Virus record (IMG/VR): IMGVR_UViG_3300004463_000226
Location: 170,336-234,335 of that record
Direction: 5' to 3' (one strand)
DNA length: 64,000 bases
How positions within the stretch are numbered: the first letter of the stretch is position 1; the number at the start of each line of letters is the position of its first letter. The translations under genes and the position numbers were made by a program. The notes beneath the pieces are model-generated. The model was not told the origin of the DNA, ran no database searches, and was given only the letters and a program-made list of their open reading frames with translations. Shown here piece by piece: positions 28,418 through 37,357 of the stretch.

Positions 28418-28456
28418 CTGTAAACCCTCCTAGAATTTTAATCTTTTTACTTTATT

Positions 28457-28464
28457 ATAATATA
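28457..28464 (-). promoter_or_regulatory. TATATTAT promoter
   Basis: Seen: plus ATAATATA upstream of RNAP beta-C. Confidence 0.65.
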
Positions 28465-28473
28465 TATTTCATA

Positions 28474-29712
28474 TTACAATTCTTCGTCATGCTCCCCGAT
28501 AATACGTACTCCCAATCGCTCGATGATTTCCATTTCTGTTAGAGCTTTAACAGTTTCGTTTGGATCTACGCGGGAAAGTGTTCTTTCAAGGAATGGTACT
28601 GTAGTATCAAATAATGCAAAACGTATCTTTTCATCTTCCAAGAACTGTTTGCGGAATTTACGATTATCAAATCTTGCTTCCTCATGACCAGTAAAGTAAC
28701 GTTTAGGGTTTCGTCCTTCAACGAGACCGTTATCTTCAGCAAACTGATACTGTGTCAAGATAGGATCAAATCCAAGTTCTTGGTTATAGATTAGACGGCA
28801 GAATTGACCTGCTTTGTTAGTACGTGATTTTAAGAACTCACAACGAACTGCAAATCCATCAAATCCGTTTTCAGATTCTTCTAGCTTACCATTATAAACA
28901 AACTTAACTAATGTATGCGCATAGTAAATAGGAGCGTTACCACCAGGCATAGACTCATCTTGTTTCATGTAGTTAAGCTGAGCTTGAGTCTTAGCAAATG
29001 GGTTAATCTCCATTTTGTAGTTAATATGGTTAATAGCAATAACAATGATGTTATAAGCTTTGATGATTGGTGTTAAGCGTTTGTAGAACTGTGCTAATGC
29101 TTTAGCTACACGGTTAGCATAAGTTCCACCTTCCATTCCAGGGTTAGTGTCTTTAGAAGACATTGTTGGAATAGAGTCTAAAATAACTACAGTTGGTACG
29201 TATGATAATATCTTCTGATTAAACTCATTCAACAGACCAGTATCATACATGTAGTCTTCACGGTTTTCTTCTTTCTCTTTAGCTATAGCTTCAATGGAAT
29301 CATAAATATCCTCAATAGTGGATTTCTCCTGCTTTAAGTTATACTTTTCCATTAAATCATACTGACTAAAGCCGTTAACATTTTTAATACGTGTATAGGT
29401 TAATGCTTGTTCAAGGTCATAATGCTGAACCATTCCTGATTCGAACCTTTTAACAATATTAGAAGCCATCTGAATAGCAAATGTAGTCTTTGCTACACCT
29501 GACTTACCTACGATGGTAATAAATGATCCACCTACAGCTCCTGTTGATGGATACTCTGTAACGAGATTATCTTCCATATCTCGTACTTGAACCATATAAC
29601 CATTACGATAATCGAATGGTGCGAACCCTGTTGAATAACCTACTGCTGTCTGGGTTCTTGTAAATAATCCTTTTTTGTCTTTTGCACGTAATCGTGACAT
29701 TAAGGTAGCCAT
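28474..29712 (-). CDS. recA: RecA/UvsX recombinase
   Basis: Seen: Walker A GKSGVAKTT, YDLEQA, Walker B VVILDSIP, IIVIAINH, GGNA, KSRTN. Confidence 0.85.
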   Translation of the reverse strand: MATLMSRLRAKDKKGLFTRTQTAVGYSTGFAPFDYRNGYMVQVRDMEDNLVTEYPSTGAVGGSFITIVGKSGVAKTTFAIQMASNIVKRFESGMVQHYDLEQALTYTRIKNVNGFSQYDLMEKYNLKQEKSTIEDIYDSIEAIAKEKEENREDYMYDTGLLNEFNQKILSYVPTVVILDSIPTMSSKDTNPGMEGGTYANRVAKALAQFYKRLTPIIKAYNIIVIAINHINYKMEINPFAKTQAQLNYMKQDESMPGGNAPIYYAHTLVKFVYNGKLEESENGFDGFAVRCEFLKSRTNKAGQFCRLIYNQELGFDPILTQYQFAEDNGLVEGRNPKRYFTGHEEARFDNRKFRKQFLEDEKIRFALFDTTVPFLERTLSRVDPNETVKALTEMEIIERLGVRIIGEHDEEL

Positions 29713-29739
29713 TAATTTTATTCCTCCCTTATTTATCTC

Positions 29740-29751
29740 TATATGAATGTT
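29740..29751 (-). promoter_or_regulatory. AACA-N6-TA promoter
   Basis: Seen: plus TA-TATGAA-TGTT upstream of recA. Confidence 0.7.
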
Positions 29752-29771
29752 GGTAAGTGATTAAAAACTTA

Positions 29772-30008
29772 CTACACCTCATATATTGGAGATCTTCTAG
29801 CTAGATGTGTTTGCTCTGGTTGTGATTTAGAATCTTCCTCTTGCAATGCCTTTAATACAATATCCAAATATTCCATTGAGTAAATAGTACACACTCTCTC
29901 TGGTGACATAGATCCGTCAGGATTAATAATACCATCTTTTTTCATGATATCATAACCCTCACCATGTTTCCCTGGTGCAACATAATAACCTTTATCAGCT
30001 CCTATCAT
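29772..30008 (-). CDS. Hypothetical protein
   Basis: Seen: 78 aa, AAGGAGG RBS. Confidence 0.7.
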   Translation of the reverse strand: MIGADKGYYVAPGKHGEGYDIMKKDGIINPDGSMSPERVCTIYSMEYLDIVLKALQEEDSKSQPEQTHLARRSPIYEV

Positions 30009-30093
30009 ATATTCACCTCCTTAAATTATTAATATACAGTTTCAAATTTGAAAAAGAAGATGACTATTCCAAATAAGGAATAGCCATAATCTA

Positions 30094-30972
30094 TTAATAC
30101 TGAAGTTTATCAACTTTGCCATCAATATGTAATTTGAATACTGTTTGGAAACGTTTATTTAAATGACGAGTTACATAATCATATCGCCGTTTTTCTTCTG
30201 GTGTTTCTGCGCGCATTTTAGATTTAGAGAATAAAGTGATAGCTTTATAGTTATCCTTAACCAGCGCTGCTACACTCTCTTCTAAATTAGTATAACATAC
30301 TATCGTATGCTTAGATGTATCAACCACTTCATCCAGAGCTTCTATATCCTTATAATGAACTAATATTAACTTAGTTGGCTTAGATGGGCGGAATGATCTA
30401 ACACGGTATTTTGTAGTTCTTTCAGCCTCAATAGCTGGTCGTGTTGTTATATTTAATTCAATATTACCAGTATTAGATTGAAAGAATTCATACTGGGTAA
30501 TAACATTAGTCTTCTGGTCTAATAAATCAATTCTTAAGCTCGCAGAAGGGCTATTAAAAGAAGTGATGAATGAAAATTCAGCACCTAACAAGAAAAACTC
30601 AAGCATAAATGTATTATTGTTAATTACATTTATTACTTTCTTTCCCTCTAGGAATAATGAGCCTAGTAGAATATTTTTAAGATTATAATTGCGCTCTGTA
30701 ACAAACGGCTTAAATTCCTTATCATTGAATATAACTGCTGTAGTAGAGTTAGCAATTGTTACAGGATAAGAAGTTTGTCGTGTCTTAGCGATGAATGAAT
30801 TAAATTCATCTATTTGTTTAATTAACTGCCGATACATGATAATATTAATTGATTTCTTCTTAATGGTTACTTTATTATCTCGTACTTCTTTAGACTTACT
30901 TAGTCGGATCACAGAAGTATTGATAGCATCAATATTCCAACATAATTTCGTTTCATTGTATACTGAAATCAT
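30094..30972 (-). CDS. Hypothetical protein
   Basis: Seen: 292 aa, GGAGG RBS, AACA promoter at 31016. Confidence 0.8.
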   Translation of the reverse strand: MISVYNETKLCWNIDAINTSVIRLSKSKEVRDNKVTIKKKSINIIMYRQLIKQIDEFNSFIAKTRQTSYPVTIANSTTAVIFNDKEFKPFVTERNYNLKNILLGSLFLEGKKVINVINNNTFMLEFFLLGAEFSFITSFNSPSASLRIDLLDQKTNVITQYEFFQSNTGNIELNITTRPAIEAERTTKYRVRSFRPSKPTKLILVHYKDIEALDEVVDTSKHTIVCYTNLEESVAALVKDNYKAITLFSKSKMRAETPEEKRRYDYVTRHLNKRFQTVFKLHIDGKVDKLQY

Positions 30973-31015
30973 TTTTATCCTCCCCCAAAATCTGGAAATT
31001 TTATATTTTTTTATC

Positions 31016-31027
31016 TAAAAAGATGTT
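31016..31027 (-). promoter_or_regulatory. AACA-N6-TA promoter
   Basis: Seen: plus TA-AAAAGA-TGTT. Confidence 0.7.
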
Positions 31028-31044
31028 GAGGGAGTAGTAAAAAG

Positions 31045-31410
31045 TTACTCCCTTTTACTATCGTAAATAACGAGAGCTCCGTCAACTCTCTTAGATTCTA
31101 ACTGAACATCGAATACAGGGATTTTCAACTTTGTATATTTACCTTTACTCCAATGATCTTGTTCCATAACACCATTTATCAAAGCATTAAATGTCTTTGA
31201 TGGTACTCTTAATTGTATAGCATCTACTTTGTCACTATATTGCCTGAAATATCCTCCACCAGCATCACCTGCTTCAAAAGGAACAATCCCAGATAAGTTA
31301 TTTTTATCCCGTATACGGTCTAATATATCCTTAAATAATTGACCAGAAACATAGAATAATGTTGCTTCGTTACTAACATCAATAGACTTTACCAAGCATA
31401 GAATTGACAT
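31045..31410 (-). CDS. Hypothetical protein
   Basis: Seen: 121 aa, AGAGG RBS. Confidence 0.75.
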   Translation of the reverse strand: MSILCLVKSIDVSNEATLFYVSGQLFKDILDRIRDKNNLSGIVPFEAGDAGGGYFRQYSDKVDAIQLRVPSKTFNALINGVMEQDHWSKGKYTKLKIPVFDVQLESKRVDGALVIYDSKRE

Positions 31411-31479
31411 TGAGGTTCCTCCTATTTTAGAAAAAAAATATTAAGAGGGAGATAACAATTGTTATCTCCCATTGTTTTA

Positions 31480-32349
31480 TTACAAGAATGCTTTTACATC
31501 TTCGTCTTTTGCAAGTTTAGCCACTACCTTCATGATAGTTGGGAAATCTTCCTCAGAGATTTGCGCAAACTGAATGCGGCGTGCAACATCACGTTTCTTT
31601 TCAGCATCCTTAGCACGAGCTGTTACATAATACTTGATGATTTGTTTTACATCCTCTTTCTCATTCTTCTCGATAGTTGCTAATGCAAAGTTAGTCATAA
31701 CATTCCACATAGCTAACTGATTATCATTGAAGTTGCGGATGTTTTCCTTACGTTCAAGTAAGATATTAACTGCAACATGCTCCAGCAGCTTCTTGCCGAA
31801 TAATGCTTTGAAAATCTTTTTAACCTGTTTAGGCTTTTCAATACCAAGATCATTGTCTTTAGCAAGCGCATAGAACTTGGACAAGATGCGGAATACATAC
31901 ATAGCGATTAACTTTTCGTTCTGAATCATTTCAGGTTCAGGTAACACAACGAGAAGTTCTGTAGCCAGCTGGTCGCTGATTTTAACTTCTTCTTTGAGTT
32001 CTTTAATACGCTTCTTAAGCAGCTTGTGTACAGCCTTTTTATACGACTCAATGATATCTTCATCGAGATTCTCACGACGACGGCGTAAGAAGTCACTGAT
32101 TACTGTAGCCATACCAATATCAACTGGAGTAGCATCAGAAGTTTTCATGATACGCAATAACGTTTTAACGAACTTTTCGTCTTCCATTTTATCGAATAGC
32201 TCGTCAACCATCTCCTGTGCTTTGAAGCCTTTCTTGATATAAAACTCAACAATATTTGATGTGTGGTCGAAAAGGATATTCGTACGATAATCCTTGTCCT
32301 TAAGGTTTTTACCTTTCCACTCTTTAAAAAATTCTTTAATTCCTGACAT
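31480..32349 (-). CDS. Hypothetical all-helical protein
   Basis: Seen: 289 aa, AGGAGG RBS, AACA promoter at 32395. Confidence 0.85.
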   Translation of the reverse strand: MSGIKEFFKEWKGKNLKDKDYRTNILFDHTSNIVEFYIKKGFKAQEMVDELFDKMEDEKFVKTLLRIMKTSDATPVDIGMATVISDFLRRRRENLDEDIIESYKKAVHKLLKKRIKELKEEVKISDQLATELLVVLPEPEMIQNEKLIAMYVFRILSKFYALAKDNDLGIEKPKQVKKIFKALFGKKLLEHVAVNILLERKENIRNFNDNQLAMWNVMTNFALATIEKNEKEDVKQIIKYYVTARAKDAEKKRDVARRIQFAQISEEDFPTIMKVVAKLAKDEDVKAFL

Positions 32350-32394
32350 TATGATGTCCTCCTAGAAAATATATTTTTTATAATAAATTTTACT

Positions 32395-32406
32395 TACTAA
32401 CATGTT
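32395..32406 (-). promoter_or_regulatory. AACA-N6-TA promoter
   Basis: Seen: plus TA-CTAACA-TGTT. Confidence 0.7.
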
Positions 32407-32415
32407 TATGGTCTA

Positions 32416-33546
32416 TTACTTTTTTACGTAAAGGTTAAATACGTCATCTAAGTCAATCTCATTAACATCGACAGCTTTCTTAGAATCACTTGCACGTAAG
32501 TCATCAATAAGATCTGTTGCAGCAACATCCAAGATTGAAGATTCCTTAGTACGTGTTAACAACGCTGTAGCTTCATCAATACGCTGAACAATCTTTTCAA
32601 TTCTGTCATCAGGAACAGACAAACCTGACATAATTACAGCCACTCGATTTGTTTCATCTTCTGACTGATTAATATAAATATGCTCAAATCCTTCTACTGG
32701 CTCACCGACTAGATCCTTTACTTTAGGAATGTTAGTATCCAAGGATTTATAAACCTTTTCATTAAGGTTAACAATCAAACCTAAACGTTTGATAATTTGG
32801 TCACGATCTAACTCAGCATGAGCACTAGATTTAATGCTGTCGATTAAACGAGTTTCAAGATCTCTTTCGTCGATGTCTTTTTCTTTAACACCGAATGTAC
32901 GATTGATTACAAGACGACCAGTTGTTTCAATCAGCTTCAACATGTCTTTCTCGTCGATGCTATTGAATGGTGTTGTCTTTTGATAATCGCCGCGAACTAC
33001 CACCATGTCTTCAACGATTTCGCGATTAACTGTTTGCAGCATTTCATTAATAAGCTTGTTGGAATAGTTGTTATTATCATAAAGCTTATATACTGGATCA
33101 GATTGACGCATCTCCTTTAGATAGTCAATTGTATTTTGTTGGGCTGCAATTGATTCTTTCAATGGAGGTAAGATACCAATAAGAATGAATCGCTTGCTTG
33201 GGAATATACGCCCTAGAATATCATACATTACTGGAGCCATACCAGAACCAGTTCCACCACCAGTAGAACTTACAATGAAGACTACTTCATTATTTTTAAC
33301 AACATCAGCAAATATTGGTTCGCTGATTAGTTGTTTAATATGTGCTTGGATAAATGATTTAGCTATATTGCGATCTTTACCTGCTCCTTTTTCATCACCG
33401 ATAACAAGTGATGAAACAGCTGAAATTGTCTTAACATCTTTGTCAGAGCTATTTAGAGCAATACCATCAATGTCATAAACTTTCTTTGCTAACTCTGCAA
33501 CTTGATTCCCTGCGTTACCAATTCCGATTACTCCAATTTTCAACAT
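32416..33546 (-). CDS. FtsZ/tubulin-family GTPase (PhuZ/TubZ-like)
   Basis: Seen: GIGNAGNQVA, GAGKD, tubulin signature GGGTGSG, T7-like SIDEKD, acidic C-terminal tail. Confidence 0.92.
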   Translation of the reverse strand: MLKIGVIGIGNAGNQVAELAKKVYDIDGIALNSSDKDVKTISAVSSLVIGDEKGAGKDRNIAKSFIQAHIKQLISEPIFADVVKNNEVVFIVSSTGGGTGSGMAPVMYDILGRIFPSKRFILIGILPPLKESIAAQQNTIDYLKEMRQSDPVYKLYDNNNYSNKLINEMLQTVNREIVEDMVVVRGDYQKTTPFNSIDEKDMLKLIETTGRLVINRTFGVKEKDIDERDLETRLIDSIKSSAHAELDRDQIIKRLGLIVNLNEKVYKSLDTNIPKVKDLVGEPVEGFEHIYINQSEDETNRVAVIMSGLSVPDDRIEKIVQRIDEATALLTRTKESSILDVAATDLIDDLRASDSKKAVDVNEIDLDDVFNLYVKK

Positions 33547-33547
33547 A

Positions 33548-33883
33548 TTATTTCTCTCCCTTATTTGAACTAATGTATTTTTCAGTAATTCTAACTAACT
33601 CGCCTTCAATACGCTCACATGACTTCTGAGCCTCTTCTATAGTATGTTTCATACCAGCAAGTCTATCATTTAATAAAAACCATCTTCCTAAGTCAGTGGA
33701 ATTTACTTTAGGTAGTTTTTCAAGGCACTCGGAGCATAGAAAATATCCTACCTCTGAACCTAGTACAGTAAACTCAATTTGATGCTTAGCTTGAGATTTA
33801 CACCAACCACCATTATTGCTACATTGACATGTACCCTCACTGTTTATATCTTTAACAGTTACTTGTTTTTCGAATTCTGTCAT
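33548..33883 (-). CDS. Hypothetical Cys-containing protein
   Basis: Seen: CQC...C...LCSEC; TATATTAT promoter at 33930-33937. Confidence 0.75.
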   Translation of the reverse strand: MTEFEKQVTVKDINSEGTCQCSNNGGWCKSQAKHQIEFTVLGSEVGYFLCSECLEKLPKVNSTDLGRWFLLNDRLAGMKHTIEEAQKSCERIEGELVRITEKYISSNKGEK

Positions 33884-33929
33884 TAGAAATCTCCTCTCCT
33901 TAAAACAATTATTATTTGATTACCCTTTG

Positions 33930-33937
33930 ATAATATA
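33930..33937 (-). promoter_or_regulatory. TATATTAT promoter
   Basis: Seen: plus ATAATATA; would drive 33883 and the tubulin gene. Confidence 0.65.
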
Positions 33938-33957
33938 TATTTGTATATCCTATTGGA

Positions 33958-34167
33958 TTATACCGCAGCTTGTGCTTGTTCCATTAACTGTTTAATCTCA
34001 TCTATCTTTTTCTTCGTTTTATTAATTTGATTATAGATATGATGACGTTGTCTAACACAATGTGATGGGAGCTCTCTATTTTTCATTTCTAACTCCATTA
34101 AGATAGCTTCCTGAACATTTAATTTTTCCATATACATTCTTATTCTCGCTCTACCTTTTTTAGCCAC
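33958..34167 (-). CDS. Small basic coiled-coil protein, probable paralog of 34508..34762
   Basis: Seen: RHHIYNQINKTKKKIDEIK vs RNHIDNRIARKRKEIETYK. Confidence 0.7.
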   Translation of the reverse strand: MAKKGRARIRMYMEKLNVQEAILMELEMKNRELPSHCVRQRHHIYNQINKTKKKIDEIKQLMEQAQAAV

Positions 34168-34199
34168 GTTAATCCATCTCCCTTAGAAAGTATATTTGT

Positions 34200-34511
34200 T
34201 TACCAATTTGCATATTCTTCTCTAGGAACTATTCTCAATGGTGTTACACCACGGAACACACAAACTTTACCATTTTCAACTCTTCTTAAATCCTCTTCTA
34301 ATGCCTCACATTCAATGAGCTCAAAGTCTCTTTTTGTATGCTTGTGTACATTATTCACGAATTCCTTAAAGTAACAGAATATCCCAGAATAATCAGATGT
34401 TATTATCGCAGGTACATATTCATTCATTTTATATATGAATGAAGGATTACCCACACTAGTTAATGTTCCATCGGCTTGGGTCTCCACATATTTATAAACT
34501 AACAACATCAT
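34200..34511 (-). CDS. Hypothetical protein
   Basis: Seen: 103 aa. Confidence 0.7.
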   Translation of the reverse strand: MMLLVYKYVETQADGTLTSVGNPSFIYKMNEYVPAIITSDYSGIFCYFKEFVNNVHKHTKRDFELIECEALEEDLRRVENGKVCVFRGVTPLRIVPREEYANW

Positions 34512-34762
34512 CCCTCCGCATCTAATTTCCTTATTCTAGCCTTGTACGTTTCAATTTCTTTACGTTTTCTTGCAATTCTGTTATCAATGTGGTTCCTATG
34601 TCTACTATACTGTACTGTCCTTGATGAAAAGTAATCTGCTAGACTTCCATCTCCTGTTCTCCCATGCATTACTTTCTCAGTCATTAATTTTGCTAATTCT
34701 CCCTGCAACTTACCTACTTTAATTGAAAATCTCATAACCTTTTGTCTTTTTGATTCAGCCAT
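34508..34762 (-). CDS. Small basic coiled-coil protein
   Basis: Seen: 84 aa, AGGAGG RBS, TATATTAT at 34795-34802. Confidence 0.75.
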   Translation of the reverse strand: MAESKRQKVMRFSIKVGKLQGELAKLMTEKVMHGRTGDGSLADYFSSRTVQYSRHRNHIDNRIARKRKEIETYKARIRKLDAEG

Positions 34763-34810
34763 TGTTTCTCCTCCTTCTATATGTATACCATTAAATAATA
34801 TATAAATAAA

Positions 34811-35197
34811 TTACTTTCTACATATTACTACTTTGAGATTTAAAGCATCTAATAGATTAACTAAGCTCTCAAATGATCCAGTCTGTCTGTTTTGTTTTAT
34901 ATGATATATCTGCTGTCTTGAAATTTCCTCTGTAACTTTAGAAACCATTCCATATGTTAGATTCGTATTATCAATTTCTGTTCTTATTAAATTACATATA
35001 TCATCTCGGGTTCTAACAACAGTCTCAATTTCTGGAGAAACTTTAGCATTTATAACTGATCTTATGTAGTTATGTGTATTTCTGGTTCTCTCCAATATAA
35101 AATTTGTCTCATAAATCTTTCTTTGTTTAGTAGTAATTTCATGATGATTAATTCCTGATATTTCTAACCACTTATTAAATACATCTCTATCTATCAT
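34811..35197 (-). CDS. Protein with C-terminal XRE-like HTH
   Basis: Seen: ISRQQIYHIKQNRQTGSFESLVNLLDALNLKVVI; TATATTAT at 35229-35236. Confidence 0.7.
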   Translation of the reverse strand: MIDRDVFNKWLEISGINHHEITTKQRKIYETNFILERTRNTHNYIRSVINAKVSPEIETVVRTRDDICNLIRTEIDNTNLTYGMVSKVTEEISRQQIYHIKQNRQTGSFESLVNLLDALNLKVVICRK

Positions 35198-35274
35198 GAC
35201 AACATCTCCTCTACCTAATGTCGTATGAATAATATATAAATCAAATAAAATAAAGATACTCGTAATGAGTATCC

Positions 35275-35433
35275 TTACTTACCGTTTAAGTTCTTTTCAT
35301 GAGCTTCCTTGATCATTGCATCAAGAGATTCTGATGTAACAGTCTTTTTAGATGGATCTGCAATAGATAAATCTCCAAATACACCTTGTTCTGTCACAAT
35401 TGCTAATTCTTCATTATGTGTAACATTGGACAT
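35275..35433 (-). CDS. Small 52-aa protein (below track cutoff)
   Basis: Seen: translated MSNVTHNEELAIVTEQ...KNLNGK*, AAGGGGG RBS, hairpin after the stop. Confidence 0.6.
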   Translation of the reverse strand: MSNVTHNEELAIVTEQGVFGDLSIADPSKKTVTSESLDAMIKEAHEKNLNGK

Positions 35434-35515
35434 GGTTGTTCCCCCTTTCCCTTCGATTACATCTATGTTCCCCTTGTATTATTTTTTAAAATAGTATTTT
35501 TAACTTTATTATCTA

Positions 35516-35581
35516 TATATTATAACAGTGAATATAAATAGTATATTCACTAATCAATAATAATTGGGGGAATTAGTTATG
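35516..35581 (+). repeat. Promoter/leader block (TATATTAT + hairpin + RBS), repeated at 37292-37360
   Basis: Seen: ...AGTGAATATAAATA...TATATTCA...TAATCAATAATAATTGGGGGAATTA(G/A)TTATG in both copies. Confidence 0.85.
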
Positions 35582-35986
35582 ACAAATCTTAACACGGCTC
35601 AAAAGGTAACAATTCATGGTGTGGGTATGGTAGCTTTAACTGAGGATAAAAAGATGTATGTAGTTAAAAATGTTGAGGTATCTCAACGTACTACATATCA
35701 TCCTGTAACATTGGATCAACGTACTGACGATGTATATGAATTACAAATTGTGCGTGAAGTAACTTTAGAAGATCTTCGTCAATTGGTTGCAAATAAAGCT
35801 GTAGGTATTTTCAATGGTCATACTGCATATGTTAAAACTTGGGCATATGCTAATGAATTATTAACTGATATTGAGATCTTCCGTATTGAAGGTAATCATG
35901 AATTAGCTGATAGATTAGAAGAATCTCGTAAACCTAAAGTTGAAGCTGACTATGAAGCTTCTGATGTGATTGGTTTCTATTTCTAA
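35579..35986 (+). CDS. Hypothetical protein (start revised to MTNLNT)
   Basis: Seen: GGGGG RBS before ATG 35579. Confidence 0.75.
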   Translation: MTNLNTAQKVTIHGVGMVALTEDKKMYVVKNVEVSQRTTYHPVTLDQRTDDVYELQIVREVTLEDLRQLVANKAVGIFNGHTAYVKTWAYANELLTDIEIFRIEGNHELADRLEESRKPKVEADYEASDVIGFYF

Positions 35987-36019
35987 GATCTTGTAGTAAA
36001 AAATAATAAATCGGGGGAA

Positions 36020-36391
36020 ATGAATATGTTAAATATTAAAAAAGAATCTGATTTTGCTGAGTTGCTTAGAACGTTAACGAATATTAATAGTGGCTTTAAA
36101 AGTGTCGAAATAAAGGAAATCAAAAACGATCCAGATGATGATGACCTTTATGATCAAGAAGATACTCATACAATGACAGATCTACGTGGCGATAAATATA
36201 TCGTAGATGATGAAGAATCTTCTCTTGCAGATCTATGTTCTGTATTGATTACCGATGGCGGGAGACCTGATTATGATTATATCAGTAAACTAAAAGCTGC
36301 TGGATTTGATGTATTCCCAACTGAGAAAGATAGCTTCGGTTGGTTGGGTGCGGCTGTTCGTACTAATAAAGGATTAATCTTCTTCGGATAA
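36020..36391 (+). CDS. Hypothetical acidic protein
   Basis: Seen: 123 aa, GGGGG RBS. Confidence 0.75.
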   Translation: MNMLNIKKESDFAELLRTLTNINSGFKSVEIKEIKNDPDDDDLYDQEDTHTMTDLRGDKYIVDDEESSLADLCSVLITDGGRPDYDYISKLKAAGFDVFPTEKDSFGWLGAAVRTNKGLIFFG

Positions 36392-36406
36392 AAAGAAAGG
36401 TGGTAA

Positions 36407-36727
36407 TTGATTATGGAATTTAAAGATATTAAAGAAGGTATGACATTATATGAAAAATGGCATAAGGTTTCAGTAATTGATATATTCACTGATGTTCCAA
36501 AGCCAAATGATGTTGCAGTTCTATATGTTAATTCAGGAACAGGTTATGATATTCGAATCAGAGGTGCCTCTCAGTTATCTGAAACACCTATTAACTGTTG
36601 GAATTGTAAACGTGATATAATTGATAACGTGAAGATAAAAAGATGCTTCAAATGCAGAAGAGCGATATGCCCAAGTTGCTCAAAATGTCATTGTGGTACT
36701 ACCTGGGATCCAATTAAAAGATCCTAA
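36407..36727 (+). CDS. Hypothetical protein with Cys-rich zinc-binding C-terminus
   Basis: Seen: CWNC...CFKC...CPSCSKCHC. Confidence 0.75.
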   Translation: MIMEFKDIKEGMTLYEKWHKVSVIDIFTDVPKPNDVAVLYVNSGTGYDIRIRGASQLSETPINCWNCKRDIIDNVKIKRCFKCRRAICPSCSKCHCGTTWDPIKRS

Positions 36728-36805
36728 TATTAAAATGTAATAATATACAATACATATAGGTAATTATATACCTATACACATAACAATAATCGGAGGAATA
36801 AAACA

Positions 36806-37207
36806 ATGAACAAAATTACTATCTCTACACCAGTATTCTATAAGGAATCTTTCGGAAAACCATTATATCAATTATTAGCTTATGATGCTCATAATGATGT
36901 TTGGTATGTGCAGGATGTTGTCCGTGGTTGTGAAGCTCCAGTATTAAGTAATATTGATATAACACAGGTCAGCACTGATGTAGAAATATTTACTAAGGTT
37001 CAGCCTGAATCCAAAATCATTAAGAATACTTGGACTACAGCTGATACAATTACCTATCTGAATAGCTTAGGGATTCCTGCTTCTGATAAATTATCAAAGA
37101 CTATTGAAGAAAGGCTTACGACGGGTTATAATCCTGTCGTAGACTTCTCTAATTTTAGTTTAGATACTTCTCAAATCGGAAAATTAGATTTATCTGTTGC
37201 TAAATAA
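36806..37207 (+). CDS. Hypothetical protein
   Basis: Seen: 133 aa, GGAGG RBS, terminator at 37214-37248. Confidence 0.75.
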   Translation: MNKITISTPVFYKESFGKPLYQLLAYDAHNDVWYVQDVVRGCEAPVLSNIDITQVSTDVEIFTKVQPESKIIKNTWTTADTITYLNSLGIPASDKLSKTIEERLTTGYNPVVDFSNFSLDTSQIGKLDLSVAK

Positions 37208-37357
37208 TACAAGTGAGACTACTCAAGTGAGTAGTCTTATTTTTTTTATGTGTCCCTGATATGTAATACGTAAAGTATATTATATTAATTACATATTATA
37301 ATAGTGAATATAAATAATTATATTCAAAATAATCAATAATAATTGGGGGAATTAATT

